A stretch of 64,000 nt of DNA from Myxococcota bacterium (GTDB lineage Bacteria > Myxococcota_A > Bradymonadia > UBA7976 > UBA1532): assembly GCA_036337435.1 (NCBI GenBank), contig JAYZEG010000010.1:1-64000 (forward strand). Direction: 5' to 3'. The notes beneath the pieces were generated by a model that saw only the letters and a list, made by a program, of their open reading frames with translations, was not told the origin of the DNA and ran no database searches. Numbering within the stretch: the first letter of the stretch is position 1; every line of letters begins with the position of its first letter. Positions 20,607 to 30,912 of the stretch are shown here, in pieces. The translations under genes and the position numbers were made by a program.

Positions 20607-21583
20607 GGATCGGCACTGCCATCGAATTCGTCGACTGAATTGTCATCTGTCGATGTCATCAGTTGAGGACAAGGAAACTGGTCGGGATTGTCGTCGAGCC
20701 AGTTGTCGTGACGCGTTGAGTCATTGATTTGGTTGGAGATCAACGTCGACCGAATGGTCTCATCTGGGATTGGAATGACTCCTGTATCAACGTTGAACCA
20801 ATTTGCGTGAATTCGTAAAGATCCTGCGCGACTCAGTGCCTCTTGCTGCGCGTCGATATCTCGCCCAGCCTGACCCACGGTGCCATTGGCAGCGCGCCTG
20901 AATGCTGGCGAGATGGGTTTGGCGGCACGTCCTCCATCATCCATAATGACCCCGATGTAGTAATTGGCGTTCATTCGAACGTCAAAAGAATCTCCAGCCA
21001 CCGGATCTTTTAGCCAGAAGCGCTGCAGCATCATCCAGCCGTATTTGGTCTCTACCCAGCGAAATTGAATGGTATACTTTGACTCCATCTCCACCAGACC
21101 AGCCCACGCTGAACGCGTGTGGCTATCCGCTTCCACCTGTGTACAGGCTCGTTCCCCGAAACAGGTGGGATCACTTCGAAAAGTGCGCTCGTACAATGTA
21201 AAATTATCTAAGATGGAACCAAACTCTTGCCAGGTCAGCAGACCGGCGATCGCCCGCGAACAATATGGGCTTTTGGTTGCAACCGTAATGCCCTCGAGCC
21301 CCGAATCGGAACGGTCTTTTTCATCGAGCGCGGCGAGCGCACTGGCAGGCAAGTTTTTGACTAAAAAGCCTTCTCTCGCGTCTTGCAACTGGGCATCGTC
21401 TTGGAACCAGTCGTATAGGTTTTCGAGACCGGTTGTCAGTGCCGCGGGATCATCGTCGGTCATATGCTCGAACAGAAACCCCAACAGGGACTCTAAATCC
21501 TTTGGTGCTGCCGGTGGATTATTGCACCCCGTCGACGCACCGAAGGTAGAGACGATGAGCAGAAAAGAAAGCAGAAGTCTCAA
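20603..21583 (-). CDS. Hypothetical lipoprotein
   Basis: Signal peptide ending STGC; ATGA overlap with the downstream gene. Confidence 0.7.
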   Translation of the reverse strand: MRLLLSFLLIVSTFGASTGCNNPPAAPKDLESLLGFLFEHMTDDDPAALTTGLENLYDWFQDDAQLQDAREGFLVKNLPASALAALDEKDRSDSGLEGITVATKSPYCSRAIAGLLTWQEFGSILDNFTLYERTFRSDPTCFGERACTQVEADSHTRSAWAGLVEMESKYTIQFRWVETKYGWMMLQRFWLKDPVAGDSFDVRMNANYYIGVIMDDGGRAAKPISPAFRRAANGTVGQAGRDIDAQQEALSRAGSLRIHANWFNVDTGVIPIPDETIRSTLISNQINDSTRHDNWLDDNPDQFPCPQLMTSTDDNSVDEFDGSADP

Positions 21584-21700
21584 GGTCTAAATCCTCTCAG
21601 CAAACGGGTTACAATGGTCGATGTCAGTTCTCGCCATCACCTGATGTTAATGGGTCGGGCGGCCATGAGCAACCAAGGCAGGCCAACATTTCAGTCGAAC

Positions 21701-22678
21701 CTATCCAACCGCAATAGACGCGAGAATTCGGCGTGCGCCAGTATACGGCCTGCGAGAATGCATCACGAGACTGTTGTCGATCAGAAGTACGTCGCCTCGC
21801 TGCCACTTAAATGCAACGCACTCCTCTTGCATGGCTGAGTGGGCTTCCATAACGGCTGCATGGTCAACTGGCGAATCATCCCCGCAAACAACAGCGTTTT
21901 TTGGATCGTTTCGTTCGTCGACCCAGCCCGTGTAAGCGGCAACGACTGAGTTGTAAAACGTTTTTATCCCGGTTCGCTCTTCGGTTCGTATAGCGGGAAC
22001 AATGGCTGTCTCCGTATACAAATTACCATCACCTTGCCAGTTCCAACTGGTCCCGATAGAACGCATCTTTTCTTCAGCCTCTGCTGGGTCATCGGTCAGA
22101 AAGGTCGAGCGCCACGAACGGCCGATCGGCGATGAATGGTCATCTTGATCTGGCATTACTCTTCGGTATTTGACACCGAGCTCTTCAACTTTCTTGGCGA
22201 ATTCTGGACTGCTCTTTGAGAACCTTTCATACACTCTCCCGGAATGTACGATCGCTGTTTCACCACCCGTCTCTGAAGCAACGTCGCAGTAAAAGAAAAT
22301 ATACGCGGGTGGCTTGGGCACTTGTGCCATTTCATGGTGAAACGGAATCGGCTGGTCGGGTGGCGACTCATTCGCAGTCAAGATACGACCCTTGGTGACC
22401 TCCTCGCGTGGTGCCGCCCCACCGACATAAGGCATGTTGATGAACTCGGCACTATCAAGTACCGCTTCGAAATCATCAGGACCATCGATGGGACAATTAC
22501 GCAAAAGAACGGCCCCATGCTCCATCATCAGCTGTCTCAAATGAGCTTGATTGTCCGAAAGCCAAGTAAGAAGAGCTTGTTTGTTCTGGGTGTACCCGTC
22601 TTTGGGTGCTAGGATCAGAGGGAAATCTTTCCCTCGATAAGACCGCTGTTCCTGGATTTTAATTGCTTCGAGTTCCAT
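21701..22678 (-). CDS. TauD/TfdA family Fe(II)/2-oxoglutarate dioxygenase (clavaminate synthase-like)
   Basis: HGAVLLR, IPFHHEM (HxE), GGET, WQRGDVLLIDN..VMHSRRPY; GGGGGAG RBS before ATG 22678. Confidence 0.92.
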   Translation of the reverse strand: MELEAIKIQEQRSYRGKDFPLILAPKDGYTQNKQALLTWLSDNQAHLRQLMMEHGAVLLRNCPIDGPDDFEAVLDSAEFINMPYVGGAAPREEVTKGRILTANESPPDQPIPFHHEMAQVPKPPAYIFFYCDVASETGGETAIVHSGRVYERFSKSSPEFAKKVEELGVKYRRVMPDQDDHSSPIGRSWRSTFLTDDPAEAEEKMRSIGTSWNWQGDGNLYTETAIVPAIRTEERTGIKTFYNSVVAAYTGWVDERNDPKNAVVCGDDSPVDHAAVMEAHSAMQEECVAFKWQRGDVLLIDNSLVMHSRRPYTGARRILASIAVG

Positions 22679-22767
22679 AAAACTCCCCCATTTCACGTAC
22701 TACTCGTTGACCGACGTCTCGTATCTTGGAGACTGAATTCCGTTGATGATACTGTAATTAAGTAAAA

Positions 22768-22789
22768 AAATCTACCAAAGGTTAGAATA
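22768..22789. promoter_or_regulatory. Operator copy 3 (AAATCTACCAAAGGTTAGAATA)
   Basis: 16/22 match to the 16510-16531 palindrome; overlaps the -35 position of a minus-strand TATCAT -10 upstream of the TauD gene. Confidence 0.55.
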
Positions 22790-23025
22790 ATGACACACGT
22801 CAGGTGAGTGTCCTGCGGACAGCATACAGAAACCGCTTTTTGACCAAGCAACCGATATAGTGAACCATAAGTGAGTTACTATCTGAGCAAAGTTGTGGAC
22901 ATTAGGCGATTGATGCAATAGACGACTCTGTCTATGGTGTCTTCGAGCATTGGATCATTGTATTTGAGATAGATTTGTCGAATGCTCGGGCGTTGGGCAA
23001 TCTGGTTCCATCAGGATTTAGAGTC

Positions 23026-24168
23026 ATGACTAGAACGATACAAAGAATTGGAATTCTGACAAGCGGTGGCGATGCACCCGGTATGAATGCGGCTATCCGA
23101 GCCGCCTTTCGCCGTCTCAAAGCATGCGCGAAAGAAAACGAAATCGTCTTATTTCGAGAGGGATTAAACGGATTGGCGGGTCGCCTTGAGGTCAATCATC
23201 TGAGTGAAATTAATCGCAGCGATCTACGCGGGATAATACACCGTGGCGGTACTTTTATTGGAACTGGTCGTATCCCCGAACTCAAGCCCGCGCCCGCAGA
23301 CTGCCCAGATCCGGATGCATGGGAAAAACGGCGTCAAGAAATTACGGATGTCGCGGTCGTGAATCTACGCCAACTTCGACTGAGCGGTGTCATCGTTCTC
23401 GGTGGCGATGGCTCTTTTAAAGGGATGGACCATATCAGGCGAGCCTACGAAGCACGTTATGGAGACCACCTTCGACTGGTCGGTATACCGGCCACCATTG
23501 ACAATGATATTTGGGGTACTGACGCAAGCATTGGTTTCGATACAGCGTTGAACAGCACTGTCGATGCGCTCAGAAAATTGCGAGACACCTGTGAAAGCCA
23601 TCGCCGCTGCGCCATTCTTGAAGTGATGGGGAATAGCAGTGGGTGGATTGCCTTGGCCGCAGGCATAGCGGGCGGAGCAACAACGCTCATGATCCCAGAA
23701 CGCCCAGAGACATATGACATCGAATTGGTGCTGGCTCGTGTCCGCGCAGCTGTTCGGCTCAACTATCGCTCTATCGTCATCGTCATGGCTGAAGGCGTTC
23801 GCAAATCATCCGGTCAAAAAGACCTCCCTGATCGACTTCGGGAGCTGATCGAAAATGATGAAGTCATCCGCGAATATCAAGGTGGACGCCTGTTGGAGAC
23901 CCGAGTCAATATTATCGGCTATATCGCTCGAGGTGGCCAACCGACAGCTGCTGATAATCTGCTCGCGAGCGAGCTCGGTTTTGAGGCGGCGAATGCCGTG
24001 ATCGACCAATCGCTGACCAATCCAGTCATGATCGCTATCCAGCGAGGTCAACTCACCCGAGTTGCATTTGATGAAGTGGTTCGGAATTCCCCCCGCTTGG
24101 TCGAAGAGACATCCCCTATGGTCACTGTGGCCCGAAGTCTGCTCATCAGTGCCGACCAAGATTTCTAA
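23026..24168 (+). CDS. pfkA: ATP-dependent 6-phosphofructokinase family protein (atypical MGN motif)
   Basis: ILTSGGDAPGMNAAIR, GGTFIGTGR, GGDGS, PATIDND, IGFDTA, EVMGN, GYIARGG. Confidence 0.85.
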   Translation: MTRTIQRIGILTSGGDAPGMNAAIRAAFRRLKACAKENEIVLFREGLNGLAGRLEVNHLSEINRSDLRGIIHRGGTFIGTGRIPELKPAPADCPDPDAWEKRRQEITDVAVVNLRQLRLSGVIVLGGDGSFKGMDHIRRAYEARYGDHLRLVGIPATIDNDIWGTDASIGFDTALNSTVDALRKLRDTCESHRRCAILEVMGNSSGWIALAAGIAGGATTLMIPERPETYDIELVLARVRAAVRLNYRSIVIVMAEGVRKSSGQKDLPDRLRELIENDEVIREYQGGRLLETRVNIIGYIARGGQPTAADNLLASELGFEAANAVIDQSLTNPVMIAIQRGQLTRVAFDEVVRNSPRLVEETSPMVTVARSLLISADQDF

Positions 24169-24189
24169 AGCGGAGTTTGCCTCGCAAGC

Positions 24190-26367
24190 CTACAACGGCT
24201 CGACAGCAATCTGACACAGCGTGCGAGGAGGCACGACGACTGTAAAAGAGTGTGTGTCATCGATTTGGTCGACGCGACCAGCCGTGGGCATGCGCCGGTT
24301 GCAGCTCATCTCCCATCGATAGGCACTGTCGTTGAGACGATAAAGTGAGATCGGAATTCGACGGGACGATTCTGAGAAATTGAACAGCTCCGACTCGAAG
24401 GAATCTGTTCGATTTCGGTGCACCCGAACAGCCAAGTCGGTGGGTGCGATATTCCATTTCACAGCCCGCAGTGGAAAGTAGATCCCGTCACCGAAGTCGC
24501 CCGTAATCATTTGGTACAGAAATTTCGTATCTGGACGGCCATGTGAGACATCCCGAAATTGGTCTGCATAGCGTCTATGGAATTTGAAAACGCGGTCCGT
24601 AAAGAGAACTTCGGAGGTGTGCGCTGGATAATCCACAGAAAGCTGGTCATTGAGCACGTCGAGGGCGCCGTCTAACAAGTCTCTGTTTCCGGTCAGAATG
24701 CTGCGAACGTAGACGTTACCACGGCTGCGCAGCATACCGTCGAAAAGTGCCTGATCCGTTGCCAATCGATACTTGGACATGGCATCGAGCATTTGCCCTG
24801 AGAGTTCAGAAAGTGCCCAAGCCAGGCTACCTGGTTCGGCATCCGGGTCCGCCTGATCTCGATTGTCAGCCACAAACCGAAGCGGCTCTAGATAACGGGG
24901 CTCGCCCGTCATGACATGCGCCTGCACCAAAGCTATGGACAGCATACTGACCGCTCTAGGGTAGCGAAATAAGGTCGGCAAAACATGACAGCCTGGTCGC
25001 CACCATTGAGCGTTGTCTTGCCGAACCTGCCCACTTGGAAAATCAATCGCTGCTGGCAGCAGGCCAGCTGCTTTTCCAGACTCATCACGGGCTGAGACGG
25101 CAACCCAATTATCGAGCCAACCCCGGATCAGTTGACCAACGGAATGCTCTGGTTCCAACTGCCAGAGACGCAGAACTGGCGCGATGACTCGAGTGTGGTA
25201 AGGCGTATCACACGCATGCTCGGGACTGTCGTCAATCGCTGTGGAATTAAGGTACGTGCTTTTGAACTGTTGAAAGCCAAACTCGTTTTCACCAAACCAA
25301 AGGCGACTCATCAACTCACCGATTACAGCTGCGCGACCACGGTCCAAAATGCTGGCTGGGTCTCGCAACAAGGCCGGAATAATGGTGTCAGCTGTTTCTT
25401 CCGATGAATGCTCTACATCGGTCAAAATACTACTGTAGCCTAACTCCATTCGAGGAAGCGAAAAGACACCGTTTGCCAAGCGTCTATGTGCCTCCGATAC
25501 CTTTGGGTCTTCAAATCCAATCAGAATGGGAGCCCACCACCTCCAGAGTTCTACGTCATCACCCCACCCCCCCCCAAATTGGCCATCGTCTGCCTGTCGC
25601 TGATCGATCCAAAAATGAATCACCTGGTTGAGCTTATGAAGTGCCAAACGCTGCTGATTGGCCCAATGAGGGGCCGTCGGATCGGACACCAGGTCGGTGG
25701 TCCACGGAATTGGCCGGTCTAAGTACATGCCAATAATTTGATTGTCGGGAAATGCATCTTGGGCGACCCGGAGACAGACACGCGCCTCCTCAAATGCTTC
25801 GTCAGAAAATAAACCCGTTTGAATCGTCGACCAAATGAGCACTCGAGCACGGTAAATGCACCAGATGGGCCTCAGTCGAGCGTCCGGCTCGATCGAAGGT
25901 GGGTAGCTCTCTGCGCCCGGCCAAACGCGCTGAACAAAATCGGACGCCAAATAGCCGCCTTCGCCAGCCATCTCTTGCTCTCCCGGTGACCAAAATCGTT
26001 CACGTCCGTAGGCCCATCGTTCAATAATGGGCAGAATTTTCTGAAGGTCGACCTGGAGGTGGTGGTCACTGGGAAGTTGAGCAGCCAACTCGGTGAGAAC
26101 GTCAAATCGAACCCGCTCATCTTCCGTTTGGCCAGCCGCAAAAACGGCTCGCTCAATGACCGCCTGTAGGGCGTCATCGAAAGGCATTGAATCCTGAGGC
26201 AATGCCGCATCGTTGGTACCGCCATCAAGCTCTGCGTCAATGCCAATATCAGCCATATCGGTCAATTGAGACGAATCAGCTTGTCGCGATGTATTGCCGC
26301 TATTTGACTGGCAGGACGCCGAAAGGATGCACACTAGGGCAAGTAAAATCCGCATAGTGTTGAGCAT
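24190..26367 (-). CDS. Hypothetical lipoprotein, probably with a helical (alpha/alpha) catalytic domain
   Basis: Lipobox SASC; QFGGGWGDDVELWRWW and TDVEHSSEE motifs; 725 aa. Confidence 0.7.
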   Translation of the reverse strand: MLNTMRILLALVCILSASCQSNSGNTSRQADSSQLTDMADIGIDAELDGGTNDAALPQDSMPFDDALQAVIERAVFAAGQTEDERVRFDVLTELAAQLPSDHHLQVDLQKILPIIERWAYGRERFWSPGEQEMAGEGGYLASDFVQRVWPGAESYPPSIEPDARLRPIWCIYRARVLIWSTIQTGLFSDEAFEEARVCLRVAQDAFPDNQIIGMYLDRPIPWTTDLVSDPTAPHWANQQRLALHKLNQVIHFWIDQRQADDGQFGGGWGDDVELWRWWAPILIGFEDPKVSEAHRRLANGVFSLPRMELGYSSILTDVEHSSEETADTIIPALLRDPASILDRGRAAVIGELMSRLWFGENEFGFQQFKSTYLNSTAIDDSPEHACDTPYHTRVIAPVLRLWQLEPEHSVGQLIRGWLDNWVAVSARDESGKAAGLLPAAIDFPSGQVRQDNAQWWRPGCHVLPTLFRYPRAVSMLSIALVQAHVMTGEPRYLEPLRFVADNRDQADPDAEPGSLAWALSELSGQMLDAMSKYRLATDQALFDGMLRSRGNVYVRSILTGNRDLLDGALDVLNDQLSVDYPAHTSEVLFTDRVFKFHRRYADQFRDVSHGRPDTKFLYQMITGDFGDGIYFPLRAVKWNIAPTDLAVRVHRNRTDSFESELFNFSESSRRIPISLYRLNDSAYRWEMSCNRRMPTAGRVDQIDDTHSFTVVVPPRTLCQIAVEPL

Positions 26368-26437
26368 ACCGCAAATTTCTCAGGCCGGCTTTCTTCTGCC
26401 TAAAAATCCATGTCCGGACGGGTAACACAAACCCTGA

Positions 26438-27337
26438 TTACCCAATATCGAAGAGCAACGCCATGCCAAGAGTAGCGATGAGGGCAGCCCAAATTGAGCG
26501 ACCTGTCAGCCGATCATGCAGCCAAATGGCAGCCAGGGGTAAAACAAAGATAGGCGAAGTCGACGATAGGGTCGCCGCTATGCCAGCCGGGGCAAATCTT
26601 AGACCCGCAACCTGTAACCAAATTCCCAAATAGGTGCCAAGAAGGGTCGCTACAAGGACCATGAAGAGCGTTTTCCCATGCTTCAGTGGTCTCAGCTCAG
26701 ACCGAATTTTTCGGGTCAGTAAGACTAAAATAACCAACCCGACTGTGCCAAATGTGATTCGAACGAGCCCCATTTCCAAGGGGGCATGGTGCCCGCCGAG
26801 TTTGGTTCCAATATTGCCAACTGCTTGGCAAAGAGCCGCCGCCGCTGCGAGCATCAATCCAACTTTGTCAGACTCTTCGCTGGCACTGTCCTCCCGATCA
26901 TCGATGATAAGAGCGACCCCGAAAATGGTGACCAGAATACCGAGACACATTTTTAGAGTGATCGGTTCACCAAGAAAGGGCCACGCAAGGAGTGCTGTGG
27001 TTGGTGGGGCTAAGGTCATGAATAACAGGGATTTCCTGGGCCCGACTCGATTGAATGCCATGAACAGTAGTGTATCACCCACAGTGAGGCCCAACAGCCC
27101 GCTCCCGGCAAGCCAGGCCAACTCTGCTTTCGTCATGGTCTGTGGCCAGAAATGGCCCGCGGCCAGCTTAAGAGTTAACAACATCAAGATACAGGCAATA
27201 CCGGTCTTCAACAGATTCAGGACGAGCGCATTTATGGTCGAACCAAGACGGGTGAATAAGATGGATGCAACGGCCCAGAGAGCTGCGGCTGAAATCGAGG
27301 CAATGTGACCGATGTAAGGCGTATCAGATATCCACAT
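26438..27337 (-). CDS. DMT/EamA family transporter
   Basis: About 10 hydrophobic helices in two repeats; AAALWA, GLTVGD, FLGEPIT. Confidence 0.9.
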   Translation of the reverse strand: MWISDTPYIGHIASISAAALWAVASILFTRLGSTINALVLNLLKTGIACILMLLTLKLAAGHFWPQTMTKAELAWLAGSGLLGLTVGDTLLFMAFNRVGPRKSLLFMTLAPPTTALLAWPFLGEPITLKMCLGILVTIFGVALIIDDREDSASEESDKVGLMLAAAAALCQAVGNIGTKLGGHHAPLEMGLVRITFGTVGLVILVLLTRKIRSELRPLKHGKTLFMVLVATLLGTYLGIWLQVAGLRFAPAGIAATLSSTSPIFVLPLAAIWLHDRLTGRSIWAALIATLGMALLFDIG

Positions 27338-27542
27338 ATTGCGCTCGATGACCATTTGTGTTTTGAGACAGTAGATGATTGGCGATGGCCGACAAACAAC
27401 ATGATGGTTCAGTGCGTGCGACGACACCAGGAATAATTTAGTCGTGAGACGCAATTTCAACTGATCTTGTTACAATTCAGAGTAACATCAAGTGGCTTTG
27501 GTCATCGATTCAACGACCGAGCGGTAACCGGGGAATGGATGC

Positions 27543-28484
27543 TTGAAAGTGGTGGATGTGATCAGACGATTTAAGTTCGGCCTGGTAGGGATCTTGGCTC
27601 TTTGCCATCTCCTCTCTTGTACTCGAGCCGAAGCAAAGGGCCAAGGGGCTGAAGGCCTGGTGCGTGATCTGATCACCTTGATCAAGACGGCGGAACAACA
27701 ACGTTGGCAAATAGACCATTATGAGTATGAAGATCTGATGAGCGACGCACTGATCTTGGTCTGCGTAGCGGATAAAGAGACCCGTGACGCGGCACTGGCT
27801 CACTTAGCCAGGTCTCAAGAAACGCTGGGGGGCGAACCCAGCAAGCATTGGTCCGAGGCCAACAAAGATGAAGCAAAGATCAAAGAGTTGATGACCATAA
27901 GCCGAAGCAAAACCTTATTGATCAAATCACTCGATGTTGCGCAAACACGATGCCCATTCCGTCTCACACAAAAACCAATCTATACCGAGCGGCATCGGGT
28001 CACCGACCGTTTTTTCATGGCATTCCAGGGTGGTGGTTTGATGAATATCCGATTTTCAGATGAAAATCGGGCTGGTGGTGGCGGCTCTGGCCGAATCGAT
28101 TTTGGATACGGTTTCGGACCGTTTTGGTCATTGCGAACGGGCTTAGAAATGGGCGGCGCAGGGCTCTTTGATGAAAAAATAGATGCCGGCGATATCGACC
28201 TCATGTTTTATTTTGCGACGCCCATTACCCTCAGACATAGACAACGTCTTTGGCATCAGGATATCGAAATTGCGCCTGTCGCTCTGGGTCTGCCTTGGCA
28301 AGACGAAATGAGATTTGGCGGCAGAATCGGCGGACTCTTTGGCCTCACTTACTCACGTCTGGGTATGATTCAACCCTGGGGGGGACTCAAAGTCGCTGCG
28401 GAATACATTCCAGACCAAAAGGGACGAGATGAACTTTTAATCATGCGGCTGGGTCTACGTTTTGGGTTTGATTTACATCTCTAG
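27543..28484 (+). CDS. Hypothetical exported protein with a C-terminal beta-barrel-like region
   Basis: Signal/lipoprotein-like N-terminus; Gly/aromatic strands ending LRFGFDLHL. Confidence 0.65.
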   Translation: MKVVDVIRRFKFGLVGILALCHLLSCTRAEAKGQGAEGLVRDLITLIKTAEQQRWQIDHYEYEDLMSDALILVCVADKETRDAALAHLARSQETLGGEPSKHWSEANKDEAKIKELMTISRSKTLLIKSLDVAQTRCPFRLTQKPIYTERHRVTDRFFMAFQGGGLMNIRFSDENRAGGGGSGRIDFGYGFGPFWSLRTGLEMGGAGLFDEKIDAGDIDLMFYFATPITLRHRQRLWHQDIEIAPVALGLPWQDEMRFGGRIGGLFGLTYSRLGMIQPWGGLKVAAEYIPDQKGRDELLIMRLGLRFGFDLHL

Positions 28485-28502
28485 CCGGCGTTCGGACGGC
28501 GG

Positions 28503-29810
28503 CTATTGGATTGCACCGGAACGGATCCCACTGATAATGTGTCGATAGGTCTCGGCAATGAGACGGTCTGTTTCGTGATATTTTCGGTGCGCCTGCAGCT
28601 GACTGACAATAAAAAACTCTCTCCCTAAATTCAACGTCGGCTGGCCCTGCTCATCTAGGACCGGGAGACATGCATACCCGGCGTTGACAAATTCGCCGCC
28701 CCTCGAATATCCAAAACCAAGTTTGCTAAAGATTCGCCATTGACCTTGAGCGGCTCTCTCAATCGCTGCCGTGTCGATGGCGTTTTGCAAATAGACAGTT
28801 GGATCTGATTCCATACCTTGTGGCTGCTCATCTTCAAATAAAACCGAATTAGCGGACCCATAAAGCAATGTTTGAACATCGGGCCATTGAAGATGGGGCA
28901 TCGCGTATCGCGGGTTTTCTCGGTGCATCACTAACCGTTTAAGGAATTCTGCTATCGTGTATGTGGACAGCTGATTCTCCGGCCCGTTTCCGTCATCACC
29001 AGGCATCTCAATACGCCCTGCCTCGCCAATAAAATAGGTGCCGACGGCGGCACTCGGATGACCATAGTTACCACCCAGTGTTTCGTCTTGCGATCTCTGC
29101 AACCAGCCTTCATGAATCAAATGATCGAGCTGGGTGCGTGTGCCGATATTGAGAAACCAGCGAGCAAGGCCATTAGACGTGAATCGCTGCTCATCGTAAT
29201 TGTGGACAATGGTCGATAAATCACCGATTGGAAGAGAGTCTACTGTGGCCGTGAGCCCAAGTGCGCCATCAGATGCCTTACGAAGTGCCGCACCCGCATT
29301 AGCGACAGCCATGAATTTAGTGGAACTCCAGGGCTGTATAATCACATCGTGAGTTCCATTGCTTAAGTACCGATAATGTGGCTCACCATTGACTCGCCTG
29401 ACCAAAATGACCGTGATATTCATGTCGTCAGGTACAAGGCCAACGAGGGCGTCGCTATCGACCTCCGGGGCATCGGCTGCGGGTCGATATGTATGAGATT
29501 GGTCAGTACTTGTCCCATGGACGTGCGGTGAGCTGTGTTCTGTGGGACATGTGAACTCCCGATCGCGCTGGGTTGGGATCACCTTGGTACATTTCGTATC
29601 GTCTAGATACTCGAAGTAATCGTTAGGAAAGGGGCCGCATTCGTCTCGATTTACTTGAGTCGAATCACCTTTACCTGGACGATAATCGGAGTCGGGCTGC
29701 ACAGAATCGGCGCGTGTGTCCATCACCTCCAACTCATCAGAACAACCGGTCACGATAAGACTCACTGCCACGAGCAGCTCAACCAATCTGTCGCAAATCC
29801 AACGACCCAT
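28503..29810 (-). CDS. Hypothetical lipoprotein with serine beta-lactamase/PBP-like motif spacing
   Basis: GGAG RBS; lipobox VTGC; WSSTK (SxxK), TSNG, SKLG. Confidence 0.65.
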   Translation of the reverse strand: MGRWICDRLVELLVAVSLIVTGCSDELEVMDTRADSVQPDSDYRPGKGDSTQVNRDECGPFPNDYFEYLDDTKCTKVIPTQRDREFTCPTEHSSPHVHGTSTDQSHTYRPAADAPEVDSDALVGLVPDDMNITVILVRRVNGEPHYRYLSNGTHDVIIQPWSSTKFMAVANAGAALRKASDGALGLTATVDSLPIGDLSTIVHNYDEQRFTSNGLARWFLNIGTRTQLDHLIHEGWLQRSQDETLGGNYGHPSAAVGTYFIGEAGRIEMPGDDGNGPENQLSTYTIAEFLKRLVMHRENPRYAMPHLQWPDVQTLLYGSANSVLFEDEQPQGMESDPTVYLQNAIDTAAIERAAQGQWRIFSKLGFGYSRGGEFVNAGYACLPVLDEQGQPTLNLGREFFIVSQLQAHRKYHETDRLIAETYRHIISGIRSGAIQ

Positions 29811-30125
29811 CTTTTGGACTCCAAAAAACATCCAGTCCGAATAGTCCAGCAAACATCATGCCAGAGCATGACACGAGCAAAAAATATTTTGTTCAATATT
29901 ATTAGAAAGTTAACTGAAATCAATCCGACCAAGCATCAGCTCACCAGAAGCCTGGGTACTCTTGGACACAGTCATCCAGCCTGACTGGGGACAAAATAGC
30001 CCAATGGGGGTTTTTATTTTATTACGAGATCTACTTGGCTATGAAATCATTTGCGGTATACACAGTAGACACATTTGTTTGCCTTTTGTGGTCGACGCTC
30101 AACAACACAGTAAACGGATTGCAAG

Positions 30126-30872
30126 ATGGATGCACTCGGAATAGATATTGGTGGCACCGGTATCAAAGGCGCTGTTGTCGATACCACCACGGGTCGTTTA
30201 TTGACCGACCGACACCGACTGCTCACGCCCAAGCCTGCAACACCCACCGCTATTATAGAAACCGTGAGAGAGATACAGACCCATTTCAACTGGAGTGGTG
30301 CTATCGGCATTGGTTTGCCGTCGGTCATACAAGGTGGCGTTCCTCAGACAGCTGCTCACATCAGCGAACAATGGATCGGCTTGAACGCAAAGGAATGGTT
30401 GTCGCAAGGGCTCTCGACATCGGTCACACTGCTCAATGACGCGGACGCTGCCGGATTAGCCGAGTTCAGGTTTGGTGCAGGCCGACGACAAGCCGGAACG
30501 GTTCTCATGGTGACTCTTGGTACGGGCATTGGCAGCGCGTTGCTGATAGATGGCCAATTAGTCCCCAATACCGAATTCGGTCATCTTCAGATGGGCTCAC
30601 TCGAGGCTGAGCAATATGCGGCGGACTCGATCCGGAAAATTGAGGCACTGGATTGGGCTGTTTGGGCTGCTCGACTCAATGAAGTCTTGGGGGCTTATGA
30701 AGCCCTCCTCTGGCCGGACCTTCTCATTCTCGGGGGCGGAGGAAGTAAGAAGTACACAAAGTACCAGCATCTGCTCAAGACAAGGGCACCGATCGCCGTA
30801 GCAGAGTTTGGCAACATGGCTGGAATCATTGGTGCTGCCGTAGCAGCTGCTCAGTCAGGCAGTCTGCGTTAA
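30126..30872 (+). CDS. ppgK: Polyphosphate glucokinase (ROK family)
   Basis: [50 protein letters not shown]. Confidence 0.9.
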   Translation: MDALGIDIGGTGIKGAVVDTTTGRLLTDRHRLLTPKPATPTAIIETVREIQTHFNWSGAIGIGLPSVIQGGVPQTAAHISEQWIGLNAKEWLSQGLSTSVTLLNDADAAGLAEFRFGAGRRQAGTVLMVTLGTGIGSALLIDGQLVPNTEFGHLQMGSLEAEQYAADSIRKIEALDWAVWAARLNEVLGAYEALLWPDLLILGGGGSKKYTKYQHLLKTRAPIAVAEFGNMAGIIGAAVAAAQSGSLR

Positions 30873-30912
30873 ATCCACTTGATTGAGTAGTGTGTCAGTC
30901 GGTGACACAGGC

